A stretch of DNA of 64,000 bases from a virus. The position numbers and the translations under genes are program-made. Shown in pieces: positions 1 through 10,067 of the stretch. Within the stretch, counting starts at the first letter, position 1; each line of letters opens with the position of its first letter. The DNA lies in IMG/VR virus record IMGVR_UViG_3300025886_000017, one strand, 5' to 3'. Under the pieces are notes generated by a model. That model searched no databases, was not told the DNA's origin, and saw nothing but the letters and a program-made list of their open reading frames with translations.

Positions 1-2
1 AT

Positions 3-296
3 TATCTGAATTTGGATGATGATGGAAATCTTAATGGTAAGATGATACGGCCGTCGAAGGCCCTTGAAGTGTTCGATACTGGCATTGATGTTGTTGATCT
101 ACAAAAAAAACTAAACATATGGCTAGGTCAGACTAGTGGTCGTATGATCATGGTCGATGGGTTGTTTGGTAATGATACGGCGGAGGCCGTAATGGAGTTT
201 CAAGAGAAAAATGATTTGATCGTGACTGGCATCGCTGATAGCATGACGAAACTTCAGCTTCCACGACTTTCTTATAAATATCAAACCAACACATAA
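3..296 (+). CDS. Peptidoglycan-binding domain protein, C-terminal part (5' truncated by window)
   Basis: VVDLQKKLN...VDGLFGNDTAEAVMEFQEKNDLIVTGIAD matches the PG_binding_1 pattern; the frame is open back to the window edge. Confidence 0.75.
   Translation, partial: YLNLDDDGNLNGKMIRPSKALEVFDTGIDVVDLQKKLNIWLGQTSGRMIMVDGLFGNDTAEAVMEFQEKNDLIVTGIADSMTKLQLPRLSYKYQTNT
273..280 (+). promoter_or_regulatory. T4-type late promoter (gp55 consensus TATAAATA)
   Basis: Exact TATAAATA 30 nt upstream of the ORF at 311, inside the preceding gene. Confidence 0.45.
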
Positions 297-310
297 AAGG
301 AGATCTTATA

Positions 311-610
311 ATGCGTGGCGTGAGAGTATTTCATACGATAACGGGCGGGGCCCCGATTATCGCCAAATCAGAAAAACATAATAGAGATGACTTCTGGACA
401 CTTGAAGATCCACTCTATATGTTGTATTATCTAGATGAGGATGGAACAGAACGGATGCAAGTCAATAATGTGGCTGCGTTTGCCAAAGGGAATAGTATCA
501 AACTATTCAAGGATCATATTCTATTTCAATATGAACCCACAGATCATATTCTAGACCATTATAACGACACTCTGCTAAGTAAATTGAACCCGGAGACAGA
601 TGACGATTGA
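311..610 (+). CDS. Hypothetical protein (small beta-rich, possibly Sm-like T4-superfamily protein)
   Basis: 99-aa ORF with AGGAG SD; its stop overlaps the gp43 start. Confidence 0.6.
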   Translation: MRGVRVFHTITGGAPIIAKSEKHNRDDFWTLEDPLYMLYYLDEDGTERMQVNNVAAFAKGNSIKLFKDHILFQYEPTDHILDHYNDTLLSKLNPETDDD

Positions 611-3143
611 TCGACTATACACCAGCGTAGAGAACTTCCGAGGGAAGCTACTCTATCGCGGATATGAGAATGGCAAGCGCGTCCAGCAACGTGCTAACTT
701 CAGACCAACACTATATATCCCATCCAATAAACCTACCGGCTGGCAGGCGTTAGATGGAACTTCGGTGGTTCCGCGACCTCAAGATAGCATTCGCGCGAGT
801 CGCGACTTCATCGAGAAGTATAAGGGTATGTCAAACTTCAATGTATATGGCAACATTCCTCCGCAATATGATTTCCTGAATCGCACGTTCCCCGGAACGG
901 TTGATTACAATGCGGATCTGATTCGGGTTGGGTATCTTGACATCGAGGTTGAGACGCGCAATGGATTTTCATCTTCAAGTGAAGCATGGCAACCTATTAC
1001 TGCAATTTCGCTCAAGTGCAATGGAACATATTATGTGTTTGGATTGAAGGACTACATCGTTAGTCAGGATAATATTCAATATTATCTAGCCGAGAACGAA
1101 GAGGATTTGATCGAGCAGTTCATCTCCACTTGGCGCGCACTGGATGTGGATGTGGTTACTGGGTGGAATGTTCAGTTCTTTGATATTCCGTATCTGATCA
1201 ATCGTATCACGAATGTGTTCGATGAGGATACTGCGAAGAAGTTGTCTCCGTGGGGGCACATTACATCGCGTAATGCGATTATTCATGGTCGCGAGGAAAT
1301 GGCCATGACGCTTGTCGGGATCGCGATCCTTGACTATATGGAACTATACAAGAAGTTCACATTCACTCAGCAGTCGAGCTATAAGCTCAACCACATCGCG
1401 CACGTTGAGTTGGGTGATGCGAAGATAGATTATTCAGAGTATGGCACCCTACATGATCTATATGACAACGACTTCCAGAAGTACATCGACTACAATATTC
1501 AGGATGTAGAGTTAATCGAGCGTCTTGAAGAGAAGATGAAGTTCATCGAGCAAGCCTATGCACTGGCTTATTCTGCGAAGGTGAATCTGAACGATGTATT
1601 CTCACAGGTTCGTATGTGGGATGTGATGATCCATAACTACCTGTACGATCGACACATTGTTGTTCCACAGAAGATGGAGTCCAAGAAGAATGAGAAATAT
1701 GCGGGTGCGTATGTTGCTGATCCAGTTGTCGGAATGCACGAATGGATTGCCAGCTTCGATTTGGCGTCTCTATATCCCCACTTGATTATGCAGTACAATA
1801 TATCACCGGAGACAATCGTCAATCACAAGTTCAATGTATCTATCGATGATGTGATTGATCGGAATCGATCAAAGTTCGAATCCGTTGGTACTAATATGTT
1901 ATTCGATCCTGATGGAGTTGAAGTATCTGTTGCGGCTAATGGTCATGCGTTTCGGCGCGATGTTCGTGGGTTCCTTCCTGAGATGATGGAGATGTTGTAC
2001 GATCAGCGTAAAGAGTTCAAGCGCTCTATGATTGAAGCGGAACAAGAACTAGAAGATTTTAGTGGCGGGCCCGCAGAGCGAACAGTGATCAAGAACAAGA
2101 TTGCGAAGTTCAAAAACTTCCAGCTTGCTAGAAAGGTTCAGCTCAACTCAGCTTATGGCGCATTGGGTAATCAATATTTCCGTCATTATGATCTGCGACA
2201 GGCTGAAGCGATTACTATGTCTGGCCAGCTTTCTATTCGTTGGATTGCCGTGCGGCTGGATGAGTTTCTCAACAAAGCATGTGGAACGGAGAACACCAAG
2301 TTCATCATCGCTGGTGATACGGATTCGGTCTATCTGAATCTCAAACCAGTAGTGGATAAGTTCTACGGCGATGATATACCCGAGACTAGCAAGGTAATTG
2401 ACTTCCTCGATAGTATCTGTAACAAGAAGATCCAACCATTCATCAAAAAGTCATACGCAGAACTAGCAGAGATGATGAATGCATATGACCAGAAGATGGA
2501 TATGGACCGAGAGGTGATTGCTGATCGTGGTGTTTGGGTTGCTAAGAAGCGATATATGCTCAATGTCCATGATAGCGAGGGGGTTCGATACGACGAACCT
2601 AAGCTCAAGATTCTGGGGTTGGAAGCGGTAAAGTCTTCGACGCCGACGGCTTGTCGTGACAATCTCAAGAAAGTGATGCGACTGATTCTGACTGATACAG
2701 AAGATTCTGTCATTGATTTCATCGAAGGGTTCCGCAAAGAGTTCAATTCATTGGCGCTGGAGGATATTGCGTTTCCGCGTGGCGTCAATGGTATGACGAA
2801 GTATGCGTCTATTCAGAGCATATGGAAGAAGGGTACACCGATCCATGTCAAGGGCGCGCTTATATATAATGATATGCTGAACAAGCGGAATATCACAACG
2901 AAGTACGAGCAGCTTCGCGATGGCAATAAGTTAAAGTTCATTATGTTGCGTGAGCCGAATGAAGCAATGTCTCCTGTTATCTCGTTCCCAGATTCAAGTC
3001 TCCCGGCAGAATTCAATCTCGATGAGGTAATTGATTATGATAGGCAATTCACCAAAGCATTTGTTGATCCTCTAAGGATCATTCTTGATACGGTCAATTG
3101 GAAAACTGAACGAAGATCTACATTGGAGGATTTTTTCGGATGA
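600..3143 (+). CDS. gp43: Family B DNA polymerase (T4 gp43)
   Basis: Exonuclease motifs YLDIEVE, GWNVQFFDIPY, YNIQDV; polymerase motifs SFDLASLYP, KVQLNSAYG, AGDTDS, KKRY; no intein apparent. Confidence 0.98.
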   Translation: MTIDRLYTSVENFRGKLLYRGYENGKRVQQRANFRPTLYIPSNKPTGWQALDGTSVVPRPQDSIRASRDFIEKYKGMSNFNVYGNIPPQYDFLNRTFPGTVDYNADLIRVGYLDIEVETRNGFSSSSEAWQPITAISLKCNGTYYVFGLKDYIVSQDNIQYYLAENEEDLIEQFISTWRALDVDVVTGWNVQFFDIPYLINRITNVFDEDTAKKLSPWGHITSRNAIIHGREEMAMTLVGIAILDYMELYKKFTFTQQSSYKLNHIAHVELGDAKIDYSEYGTLHDLYDNDFQKYIDYNIQDVELIERLEEKMKFIEQAYALAYSAKVNLNDVFSQVRMWDVMIHNYLYDRHIVVPQKMESKKNEKYAGAYVADPVVGMHEWIASFDLASLYPHLIMQYNISPETIVNHKFNVSIDDVIDRNRSKFESVGTNMLFDPDGVEVSVAANGHAFRRDVRGFLPEMMEMLYDQRKEFKRSMIEAEQELEDFSGGPAERTVIKNKIAKFKNFQLARKVQLNSAYGALGNQYFRHYDLRQAEAITMSGQLSIRWIAVRLDEFLNKACGTENTKFIIAGDTDSVYLNLKPVVDKFYGDDIPETSKVIDFLDSICNKKIQPFIKKSYAELAEMMNAYDQKMDMDREVIADRGVWVAKKRYMLNVHDSEGVRYDEPKLKILGLEAVKSSTPTACRDNLKKVMRLILTDTEDSVIDFIEGFRKEFNSLALEDIAFPRGVNGMTKYASIQSIWKKGTPIHVKGALIYNDMLNKRNITTKYEQLRDGNKLKFIMLREPNEAMSPVISFPDSSLPAEFNLDEVIDYDRQFTKAFVDPLRIILDTVNWKTERRSTLEDFFG

Positions 3144-3388
3144 GCAACTATCTGATTGTAAGCAAAGATGCGTGCCCATACTGCGTCAAAGCAAAGGCGC
3201 TACTAAAGGCACATGATATTCCATTTCAGGTGTTGAACGTGCCGGACGATTTGTCGCGCGAAGAGTTCAAGCACATTTTTACGGAGATGGATTACCCTCT
3301 AACCGTGCCAAAGATCTATGATGGCAGTAAGTTGGTTGGAGGATATACAGAGTTGGTAGAGTATTTCAAGGAGTTAGGAAAAAGATGA
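3140..3388 (+). CDS. nrdC: Glutaredoxin
   Basis: CPYC active site, TVPKI, VGGYTEL; ATGA overlap with gp43. Confidence 0.92.
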   Translation: MSNYLIVSKDACPYCVKAKALLKAHDIPFQVLNVPDDLSREEFKHIFTEMDYPLTVPKIYDGSKLVGGYTELVEYFKELGKR

Positions 3389-4416
3389 GTGATTTTTTTA
3401 AAGATGTAACACGAGTTGTTAGTAAGATCAACCCGGACGTGAATCAATTTGGTGATGTGAAGTCGTGGGTGGACACCGGATCACTACTACTAAATGCTCT
3501 CTTGAGTGGAAGCATTTATGGCGGTATCCCGAATAACAAGATTGTCGCACTTGCTGGCGAGAGTTCTACCGGCAAGACATTCTTCGCCTTGGGTATTGTT
3601 CGGCAGTTCCTCAAGGACAACCCAGAGGGAGGTGTCTTCTATTTTGAGTCCGAGGATGCTATTACGAAAAAGATGTTGATGGAGAGGGACATTGACTCGG
3701 AGCGCGTTATATCTGTTCCGGTGACTACAGTTCAGCAGTTTCGGCATCAGGCTATTACGATTCTTGATAAGTACCTTGATGTTCCTGAGAAAGATCGTCA
3801 GCCAATGATGTTCTGTCTCGATAGTCTCGGAATGCTTTCGACTACAAAGGAGATCGAAGACACCGCCGAAGGTAAAGAGACGAAGGACATGACACGCGCT
3901 GGATTGATTCGTGCGGCGTTCCGTGTTCTTACTTTGAAATTGGGGCGAGCTGGTGTTCCGATGATCGTGACGAATCACACATATCAGACGATGGGCATGT
4001 TCTCTACTAAGGAAATGGGTGGCGGCGCTGGTCTAAAGTATGCTTCTGATTACATCGTGTTCCTATCAAAGAAGAAGGAAAAGGACGGGGCAGAAGTTGT
4101 TGGTAATATCATTCACTGTCTAAACAAGAAGAGCCGGTTGACTAAAGAGAATATGATGGTCGATGTACTGCTTCGCTATGACAGTGGTCTGTCTCGATAT
4201 TATGGGTTGGCTGACCTTGCGGTTGAATCTGGTATATGGAAAAGGATGTCAACAAAGTATGAGACCCCCGAAGGTTCGTTCTTCGGTAAGGCAATCATGA
4301 AAGATCCTGAGCGCTTCTTCACGAAAGAAGTTCTCGATGCAATCGATGGTCTATGTATAGAGAAGTTCTGTTACGGATCGGCTATCGTGGAAGAGGAGAC
4401 GACTGAGGATGGGTGA
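3385..4416 (+). CDS. uvsX: RecA-like recombinase UvsX
   Basis: GESSTGKT Walker [27 protein letters not shown]. Confidence 0.96.
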   Translation: MSDFFKDVTRVVSKINPDVNQFGDVKSWVDTGSLLLNALLSGSIYGGIPNNKIVALAGESSTGKTFFALGIVRQFLKDNPEGGVFYFESEDAITKKMLMERDIDSERVISVPVTTVQQFRHQAITILDKYLDVPEKDRQPMMFCLDSLGMLSTTKEIEDTAEGKETKDMTRAGLIRAAFRVLTLKLGRAGVPMIVTNHTYQTMGMFSTKEMGGGAGLKYASDYIVFLSKKKEKDGAEVVGNIIHCLNKKSRLTKENMMVDVLLRYDSGLSRYYGLADLAVESGIWKRMSTKYETPEGSFFGKAIMKDPERFFTKEVLDAIDGLCIEKFCYGSAIVEEETTEDG

Positions 4417-4768
4417 TCTATCAAAACAATATGAACTAGTTCCTGATCTTGATGGTACAGATGACTCTTGGTGTATTAGGTTGAAGGAGGGGGAATTCGC
4501 TGGTGTCATATATCGATATGGTAAAGTAAAGATGGTTGCCAATGAAGATGAATCAGATGGGTTGTCAGTGAGCTTTGTTTATGATATACTTACGGTTCCT
4601 GACGTATTGCGCGAACAGGAGTTTGAGGATGAAGTCAAGTGGGATTTTGAACACCACCTTGGCAACATTCTAATGGATGTCGTACAGACTTCTATCGATA
4701 ACTCAGAGGTTTCCGAATCTACTGACGAAGATGGAAAAGTGATCATCAAACGGAAGGTAAAGTTTTAG
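4409..4768 (+). CDS. gp40-like head vertex assembly chaperone
   Basis: Sits between uvsX and gp41 as in T4; [20 protein letters not shown] resembles this family; acidic. Confidence 0.55.
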   Translation: MGDLSKQYELVPDLDGTDDSWCIRLKEGEFAGVIYRYGKVKMVANEDESDGLSVSFVYDILTVPDVLREQEFEDEVKWDFEHHLGNILMDVVQTSIDNSEVSESTDEDGKVIIKRKVKF

Positions 4769-6150
4769 TGGATCGAGTTGAATATACAATCATTCGAAAT
4801 CTAGTTCGTGATGAGGAATATGCCAGAAAGGTTATTCCGTTCATTGACCCTGAGTATTTTAGTGTTAAGTCAGAGCGTACTATTATTGATCAGATCATCA
4901 GCTTCTTTAATGATTATAATGCATCCCCTACACCAGAAGCAATCGCGATTGACTTGGGAGACAAGCGTGGGATTAATGATAGTGAGTTCCTAGAGATCAA
5001 GACAACACTGTCGCAAATCGCAGGAGAGTCCCCAGCCCCCGACGCGGAATGGCTTGTCGATACAACAGAAAAGTTCTGTAAGGATCGCGCGGTGTTCAAT
5101 GCCGTCAGGGAGAGTATTGGTATCCTTGATGGTCAGGGAGACTCAACGAAGGAAGCAATCCCTGAGATCCTATCCAAAGCTCTTGGTGTTTCATTTGACA
5201 CGAATGTTGGGCATGACTACTTGGAAGATGCCGAGTCTCGATACGAGTTTTATCATAATAAAGAGACGCATGTTCCGTTTGATCTTGAGTATTTCAACAA
5301 GATTACCAACGGTGGGCTGATCCCCAAAACCTTCAATGTTCTAATGGGTGGGCCAGGAACAGGTAAGACACTCGTGATGTGTCACATGGCATCATCATTC
5401 CTTGCTCAAGGCAAGAATGTGTTATACATTACAATGGAGATGGCAGAAGAGCGCATCTCGGAGCGCATTGATGCTAATCTGCTGAATGTGCCGATCAAAG
5501 AGATTGAGTATCTCAGCAAGGAATTATACGACAAGAAGATTAATAAACTACGATCAAAGACAGACGGTAAGTTGATCGTTAAGGAGTATCCTACATCGCA
5601 AGCTGGTGTGGCGCATTTTCGTCATTTGCTGAACGAACTAAAGCTCAAGAAGGACTGGGTTCCCGAGATCATCTTTGTGGATTATCTCAACATCTGCATA
5701 TCATCGCGTTTCAAGTTCGGCGCGAATGTCAATTCATACACATACATCAAGAGCATCGCAGAGGAGCTTCGTGGTCTGGCGGTTGAGCGAGAGGTTGTGT
5801 TAGTTTCGGCTACTCAGGTCAATCGTGAAGGGTTCGGGTCGAGTGATATTGCGATGGAGAATGTATCCGAGAGCTTCGGTCTTCCTGCGACAGCGGATCT
5901 TTTCCTCGGCATCATATCCAACGATGAGCTTCAAGAGTTGGATCAGTTGATGATTAAGCAGTTGAAGAATCGGTATAATGATCCAACAGAGAACTCCAAA
6001 TTCGTTGTTGGTGTTGATCGTAGCAGGATGCGGCTGTATGATTGTGAGCAAAAGGCTCAAGCGGACGTAGATGATGGCCCTGCCTTCGATAATAGTGATT
6101 TCGGCAATCGAGATGCTGGGCGTGACTTCTCTGGGATAAAGGTTCTATAA
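4768..6150 (+). CDS. gp41: Replicative DnaB-like helicase (gp41)
   Basis: GGPGTGKT Walker A, ITMEMAEERI, IFVDYLNI, SATQVNR, SESFGLPATAD, KQLKNRY; GTG start. Confidence 0.97.
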   Translation: MDRVEYTIIRNLVRDEEYARKVIPFIDPEYFSVKSERTIIDQIISFFNDYNASPTPEAIAIDLGDKRGINDSEFLEIKTTLSQIAGESPAPDAEWLVDTTEKFCKDRAVFNAVRESIGILDGQGDSTKEAIPEILSKALGVSFDTNVGHDYLEDAESRYEFYHNKETHVPFDLEYFNKITNGGLIPKTFNVLMGGPGTGKTLVMCHMASSFLAQGKNVLYITMEMAEERISERIDANLLNVPIKEIEYLSKELYDKKINKLRSKTDGKLIVKEYPTSQAGVAHFRHLLNELKLKKDWVPEIIFVDYLNICISSRFKFGANVNSYTYIKSIAEELRGLAVEREVVLVSATQVNREGFGSSDIAMENVSESFGLPATADLFLGIISNDELQELDQLMIKQLKNRYNDPTENSKFVVGVDRSRMRLYDCEQKAQADVDDGPAFDNSDFGNRDAGRDFSGIKVL

Positions 6151-6153
6151 ATA
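6146..6153 (+). promoter_or_regulatory. T4-type late promoter
   Basis: Exact TATAAATA overlapping the gp41 stop. Confidence 0.75.
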
Positions 6154-6197
6154 CATTGTCGGGAGGTTGGCTCCCCTTTGCAAAGAAGGAGAATATT

Positions 6198-6374
6198 ATG
6201 GATTGGATTTCAACGAATATTGGCGCAGTATTTCAGATCCTCACGGGTCTGGTGGGTATCGCTGCTGTCATTGCTACGATGACGCCGAACGAGAGCGACA
6301 ACACAGTGATCCAGAAGCTTCTGGATCTAGTGAACCTGCTGGGCGCTAACGTCGGTAACGCGCGCAACCTATAG
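6198..6374 (+). CDS. Small membrane protein (holin-like candidate)
   Basis: Start moved to MDWIST (AGGAG SD at about 6187); hydrophobic helix IGAVFQILTGLVGIAAVIATM. Confidence 0.65.
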   Translation: MDWISTNIGAVFQILTGLVGIAAVIATMTPNESDNTVIQKLLDLVNLLGANVGNARNL

Positions 6375-6397
6375 CAGTAATCTCATATAATCCATCT

Positions 6398-6425
6398 GCC
6401 CGCTGTCTTCGGACAGCGGGCTTTT
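6398..6425 (+). terminator. Intrinsic terminator with C(UUCG)G tetraloop
   Basis: GCCCGCTGTC-TTCG-GACAGCGGGC-TTTT, a perfect 10-bp stem. Confidence 0.92.
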
Positions 6426-6441
6426 CTGCGTTCTGATATGG

Positions 6442-6449
6442 CATAAATA
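6442..6449 (+). promoter_or_regulatory. Late promoter variant CATAAATA
   Basis: One mismatch to TATAAATA, directly after the terminator and upstream of ORF 6482. Confidence 0.6.
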
Positions 6450-6481
6450 GGGGAGAACGTTATTGTTTGGAGGATGGGTAA

Positions 6482-7306
6482 ATGGCGAACAGAGGCTTGC
6501 AATTTGAGTGGGCGATATTGTATGAAGCTAAAAACAGACTTACCGCGGCCGAAAGAACGCCGGCAGATACTGCCTTGATGACTCTTTCTAAGCGGAATAG
6601 GGGATCAACCCAAGAGGTTCTCAAGGCCGCATCAAAAATGATAAAAGTGATCGATGACATGGTGTCGGCTCGGGAAAAGAAGAAAACTTGGCAATCATTT
6701 GTTAAGGTTTCGGGAGGCGGAGCAGAACCGAAAACCGATATTATGTTCAAGATCGGAAGTAAGAAATATAAGTGTTCGATGAAGTTTGGTGAGTCCATTC
6801 AGCTTGCATCTGGAGGACTTACAACATCCATTCAATACTTGACCGGAGTATTGAATAATCTAAAAGAAGACAGGGCAATTACGACGGGGCACGCAAAATC
6901 GTTGATACAAATTTTCGCTGAACTCGACGAGAATTATAATGTAGGAACTAAGGCCCAACCCGAAATGAAAAGACTCATGACTCAGATTAGAGATGAAGGT
7001 GGACTACAGGATAAGCTACAAAGAGCTTTGGGGTCTGCGAAAAATCCTCAACCGGCAGAAGAGTTTGCTGCATTCAAAGAAGCGGTTGTTCGGGAGTCAA
7101 TGACCGGACAAGGCACATTCGGAAAGAGGAGTGACAGGACAGCAAACTACATCTTGTCAGAAAACAAGCTAATACCTATAACAAACAAATATATAAAGAA
7201 GATAGCAGAGAACGCTAGTGTTAGAATTCGTCTGAAGGGCCGCGGAAAGAAAGATGGCGTAAGATTCAATGAGATCGTAATTTCGATGGACTCACTCATA
7301 GTATGA
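6482..7306 (+). CDS. PD-(D/E)XK restriction-endonuclease-like protein
   Basis: GLQFEWAI helix, EPKTDI...KCSMK catalytic-type motif; basic composition. Confidence 0.55.
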   Translation: MANRGLQFEWAILYEAKNRLTAAERTPADTALMTLSKRNRGSTQEVLKAASKMIKVIDDMVSAREKKKTWQSFVKVSGGGAEPKTDIMFKIGSKKYKCSMKFGESIQLASGGLTTSIQYLTGVLNNLKEDRAITTGHAKSLIQIFAELDENYNVGTKAQPEMKRLMTQIRDEGGLQDKLQRALGSAKNPQPAEEFAAFKEAVVRESMTGQGTFGKRSDRTANYILSENKLIPITNKYIKKIAENASVRIRLKGRGKKDGVRFNEIVISMDSLIV

Positions 7307-8208
7307 CCTTCAATGACTTCTTGACAGAGAACAATACGTTTCGTGGAGACGCGAACGAGATCCTACTAGGACTCCATATTGCGGGTTCGTGGGATTCTTT
7401 TGTCAATTCGTCAGAAACCAAGAAAGCACTCAAGACACGCCGCGAGGCGATCGATTCCGATGCGTATGCGGAGGAAGAGCGCAGGGCAAAGAATATGGCC
7501 GCAAAGACAAAGGAGTGGTTGGATAACTCAGGATTCGCCCCCGTCAAGTCAGTCGAGTGGGTCGGCAGAGGACCGAAGCAGGAGACTCCCGCCGACATCA
7601 TCCTGACCCTGACAGATGAAAAGCAGTTCGGCATATCTGCCAAGAGTACCCATCAAAGCAGGGATATCGTCAGTCGATCTGCTGGGATAGGAACAATCGA
7701 CACAGCTCTCAAGACTGATCTAGTGGGGATTCGGAATCGAGCAGAAGAGCGATTCATCAAGAAGCACGGGCTATCCGTTGAGCCGATTCGGCGCAAGGAA
7801 GAGATCAGGAAGAATGCTATTGTCCGACAGGAAGCTAACGAAGAGCGCACGGTAGTCCTGCGGAACATTCGCAATAAGATGTTCACCAAGTTGTCAGTAA
7901 TGCCTCAACCGAAATTGAAGCAGTTTGTTTCATCCTCTCTGTTAGGTGAGATTTCTGGTGGAATGCGATACATTCAGGTAACAGGGCACGGATCAGGAAA
8001 TGTCACAATCGTTGATCCCCGAAAAAACGACAAGCGATCGGCCATGAAGACTGGGAATATTGTTATTGCGAAGAGCGGCAATGATTCAATTACCTTCCAG
8101 TCAGGTGACATAAATATAGCACGGGTTCGCATTAAGTACGGGACTGTTCCGCTTGCATCACCCATTGAAGTTTCGGTTGACCCTTGGTCGCTGGTAGGGA
8201 GAGATTAG
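7303..8208 (+). CDS. PD-(D/E)XK-like nuclease with capsid-targeting-like N-terminus
   Basis: GDANEILL, TPADIIL...FGISAK; begins MTFNDFLTE; ATGA overlap with the upstream gene. Confidence 0.55.
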   Translation: MTFNDFLTENNTFRGDANEILLGLHIAGSWDSFVNSSETKKALKTRREAIDSDAYAEEERRAKNMAAKTKEWLDNSGFAPVKSVEWVGRGPKQETPADIILTLTDEKQFGISAKSTHQSRDIVSRSAGIGTIDTALKTDLVGIRNRAEERFIKKHGLSVEPIRRKEEIRKNAIVRQEANEERTVVLRNIRNKMFTKLSVMPQPKLKQFVSSSLLGEISGGMRYIQVTGHGSGNVTIVDPRKNDKRSAMKTGNIVIAKSGNDSITFQSGDINIARVRIKYGTVPLASPIEVSVDPWSLVGRD

Positions 8209-8209
8209 T

Positions 8210-8500
8210 ATGTCAAAAGAGTTTTTTTCGGTGATTGCTTCCATAGTTACATTATTTGGGCTGCTTTCTACATGGACTGCTGGTGTTTGGTTCATGAGTG
8301 ATCTGGAAAATCGCATTGGTCGATTGGAAGATATAGGGGAATGGCAGAAGAGCGTTGAGGTAAGACTTAAAGAATCAACTAATAAGATTAACATCAATAA
8401 CAATCGGTGGGCAGCTCACTATGGTCTATGGGGTGAGAGTATCGAGAAGAAGGGTGTAGAACGTGGCGTTAATACTGATATCCTCAGACCCGGAGAATAA
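8210..8500 (+). CDS. Hypothetical membrane-anchored coiled-coil protein
   Basis: N-terminal hydrophobic helix followed by heptad-like LENRIGRLEDI. Confidence 0.6.
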   Translation: MSKEFFSVIASIVTLFGLLSTWTAGVWFMSDLENRIGRLEDIGEWQKSVEVRLKESTNKININNNRWAAHYGLWGESIEKKGVERGVNTDILRPGE

Positions 8501-8505
8501 CTGAC

Positions 8506-10065
8506 ATGATCAGAGCAGTCATCTTCACAATAATTGTAATATTAAGCATAACTCAACTCGGATTTATCGGTCTGGGTCTTGGTGGTGGTGCCGGCGGGGG
8601 CGGCGGCGATCCAAGAATCACTGGGCTACAAACTAACATGGTAGAATTGACCAGATTTCACAATATATGGGTAGCTGAAAATGGCACTGGGACCGCGACG
8701 ACAGATCGCAACAATCTCAGAATAATGGCGACACAATGGCTTAACCTTGGGTTCTCTCAGGCCCGGCAGCTCGATCCCGGAGATTGGTCAACGGATCCAG
8801 TGCAAGGCGTATGTACTCCTGGCGGGCGGACGATCGCGCGCAACATGCCTCTCGCTTCGGCGACGATTTTGTCTTTTGCAATATATGGTGCGCTCTTAGA
8901 CATTGAGACTCCGGGTACTGGGGCGGGTGACGCATATTTTGCGGCCGCAAAAACTCACATACTTGAGTTTACTGCAATGACAGACTTTGGCCTCACTACC
9001 GGCGATGCCGAGTTTCGTGGCGCTGTCGATACTAATGGGTGCATTGAGCAAATCGCGGTCGCGGCTACCAATATAATTGAAGCAGCATGGTTGATGGAGG
9101 ATGCTGGATATACCGGAGCAGGAGAGTGGGAAACTGCTAACAGATTGACGCTTGCCAGGTGGGCACGGGACGAAGTATTCTACCTCACCAGTTGGGGAAT
9201 TCAAGCTAAAAAGAACTATCTGGGGATTTTATCATTCACAGCGCCATTAGCAATTGCAGCATATGGGGAATACCTTAGTGGGTTTAATAATGTTACAGAA
9301 TGGGCCGGTGCAACTTCAGGTATTGTTCGCACACCGACCCAGTATTTGAATGCTGCTGGATTCAGATTAATAACCTGGCTTGATAACTCAGTAGATCCAC
9401 TAGACTCGGCATGCCGCCGGGCCGGGCGGGTGTATGGTCTACAGCCATATGGTGGATTTGCAGAAGCACTCGGCGCAGATGGGTTCGACGATATCGCCTT
9501 ATCTGGGACTTTGGTCAACTGTGGTCAGCCAGATCTATCCTTCACATGCGGGCCCGGACCATCACGGGATTGCGATGATGGTGGAGGCGCGACAACCGCC
9601 GGGTCGTTAGAGTTTTTGTTACAGCAAGATACAACTACTGCACTTACACACACCTGTGAAATTTTTCGGAGAATTGATATGGATTTCGGGTCGCGATGTT
9701 TTGATCTGCGGACACATACTAATAATCCAGCATCCAATGAAGCTCTATACGACGCGATCAAATTTTCAACCACACAACTATCTGCGCCAGGCGGAAATGT
9801 AAATGGTATATTTAAGGACTATCATATTGATAATCTTAATGACGGAATGCGTTATGTGGCATCTACATATTATAACGATTACTGCATGTATAATGCATTG
9901 GACGACCAATTCACCCCGGCCGGGTTCGGTGGTGCGGTTGTCGGTGGCAACGAGTACCCATTTACCCGAATCACTCATCGTGAAGGTGTAGCATATCCGA
10001 CAAATATTCCGGCAACTCCTCAGTGGGATTGTTCGACATGGAACACCTCGAATTGGGGAACCTGA
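8506..10065 (+). CDS. Exported alpha/alpha-toroid protein, alginate/polysaccharide-lyase-like
   Basis: Hydrophobic N-terminus, GLGLGGGAGGGGG linker, helical repeats (YFAAAKTHILEF, IIEAAWLM, KNYLGILS) reminiscent of alginate lyases; 10 Cys. Confidence 0.45.
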   Translation: MIRAVIFTIIVILSITQLGFIGLGLGGGAGGGGGDPRITGLQTNMVELTRFHNIWVAENGTGTATTDRNNLRIMATQWLNLGFSQARQLDPGDWSTDPVQGVCTPGGRTIARNMPLASATILSFAIYGALLDIETPGTGAGDAYFAAAKTHILEFTAMTDFGLTTGDAEFRGAVDTNGCIEQIAVAATNIIEAAWLMEDAGYTGAGEWETANRLTLARWARDEVFYLTSWGIQAKKNYLGILSFTAPLAIAAYGEYLSGFNNVTEWAGATSGIVRTPTQYLNAAGFRLITWLDNSVDPLDSACRRAGRVYGLQPYGGFAEALGADGFDDIALSGTLVNCGQPDLSFTCGPGPSRDCDDGGGATTAGSLEFLLQQDTTTALTHTCEIFRRIDMDFGSRCFDLRTHTNNPASNEALYDAIKFSTTQLSAPGGNVNGIFKDYHIDNLNDGMRYVASTYYNDYCMYNALDDQFTPAGFGGAVVGGNEYPFTRITHREGVAYPTNIPATPQWDCSTWNTSNWGT

Positions 10066-10067
10066 AA

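Noticed and set aside
600-3143. Possible intein or intron in gp43 (also checked nrdJ, gp41 and thyX)
   Set aside because: Lengths and motif spacing are normal; no splice-junction or homing-endonuclease insert visible
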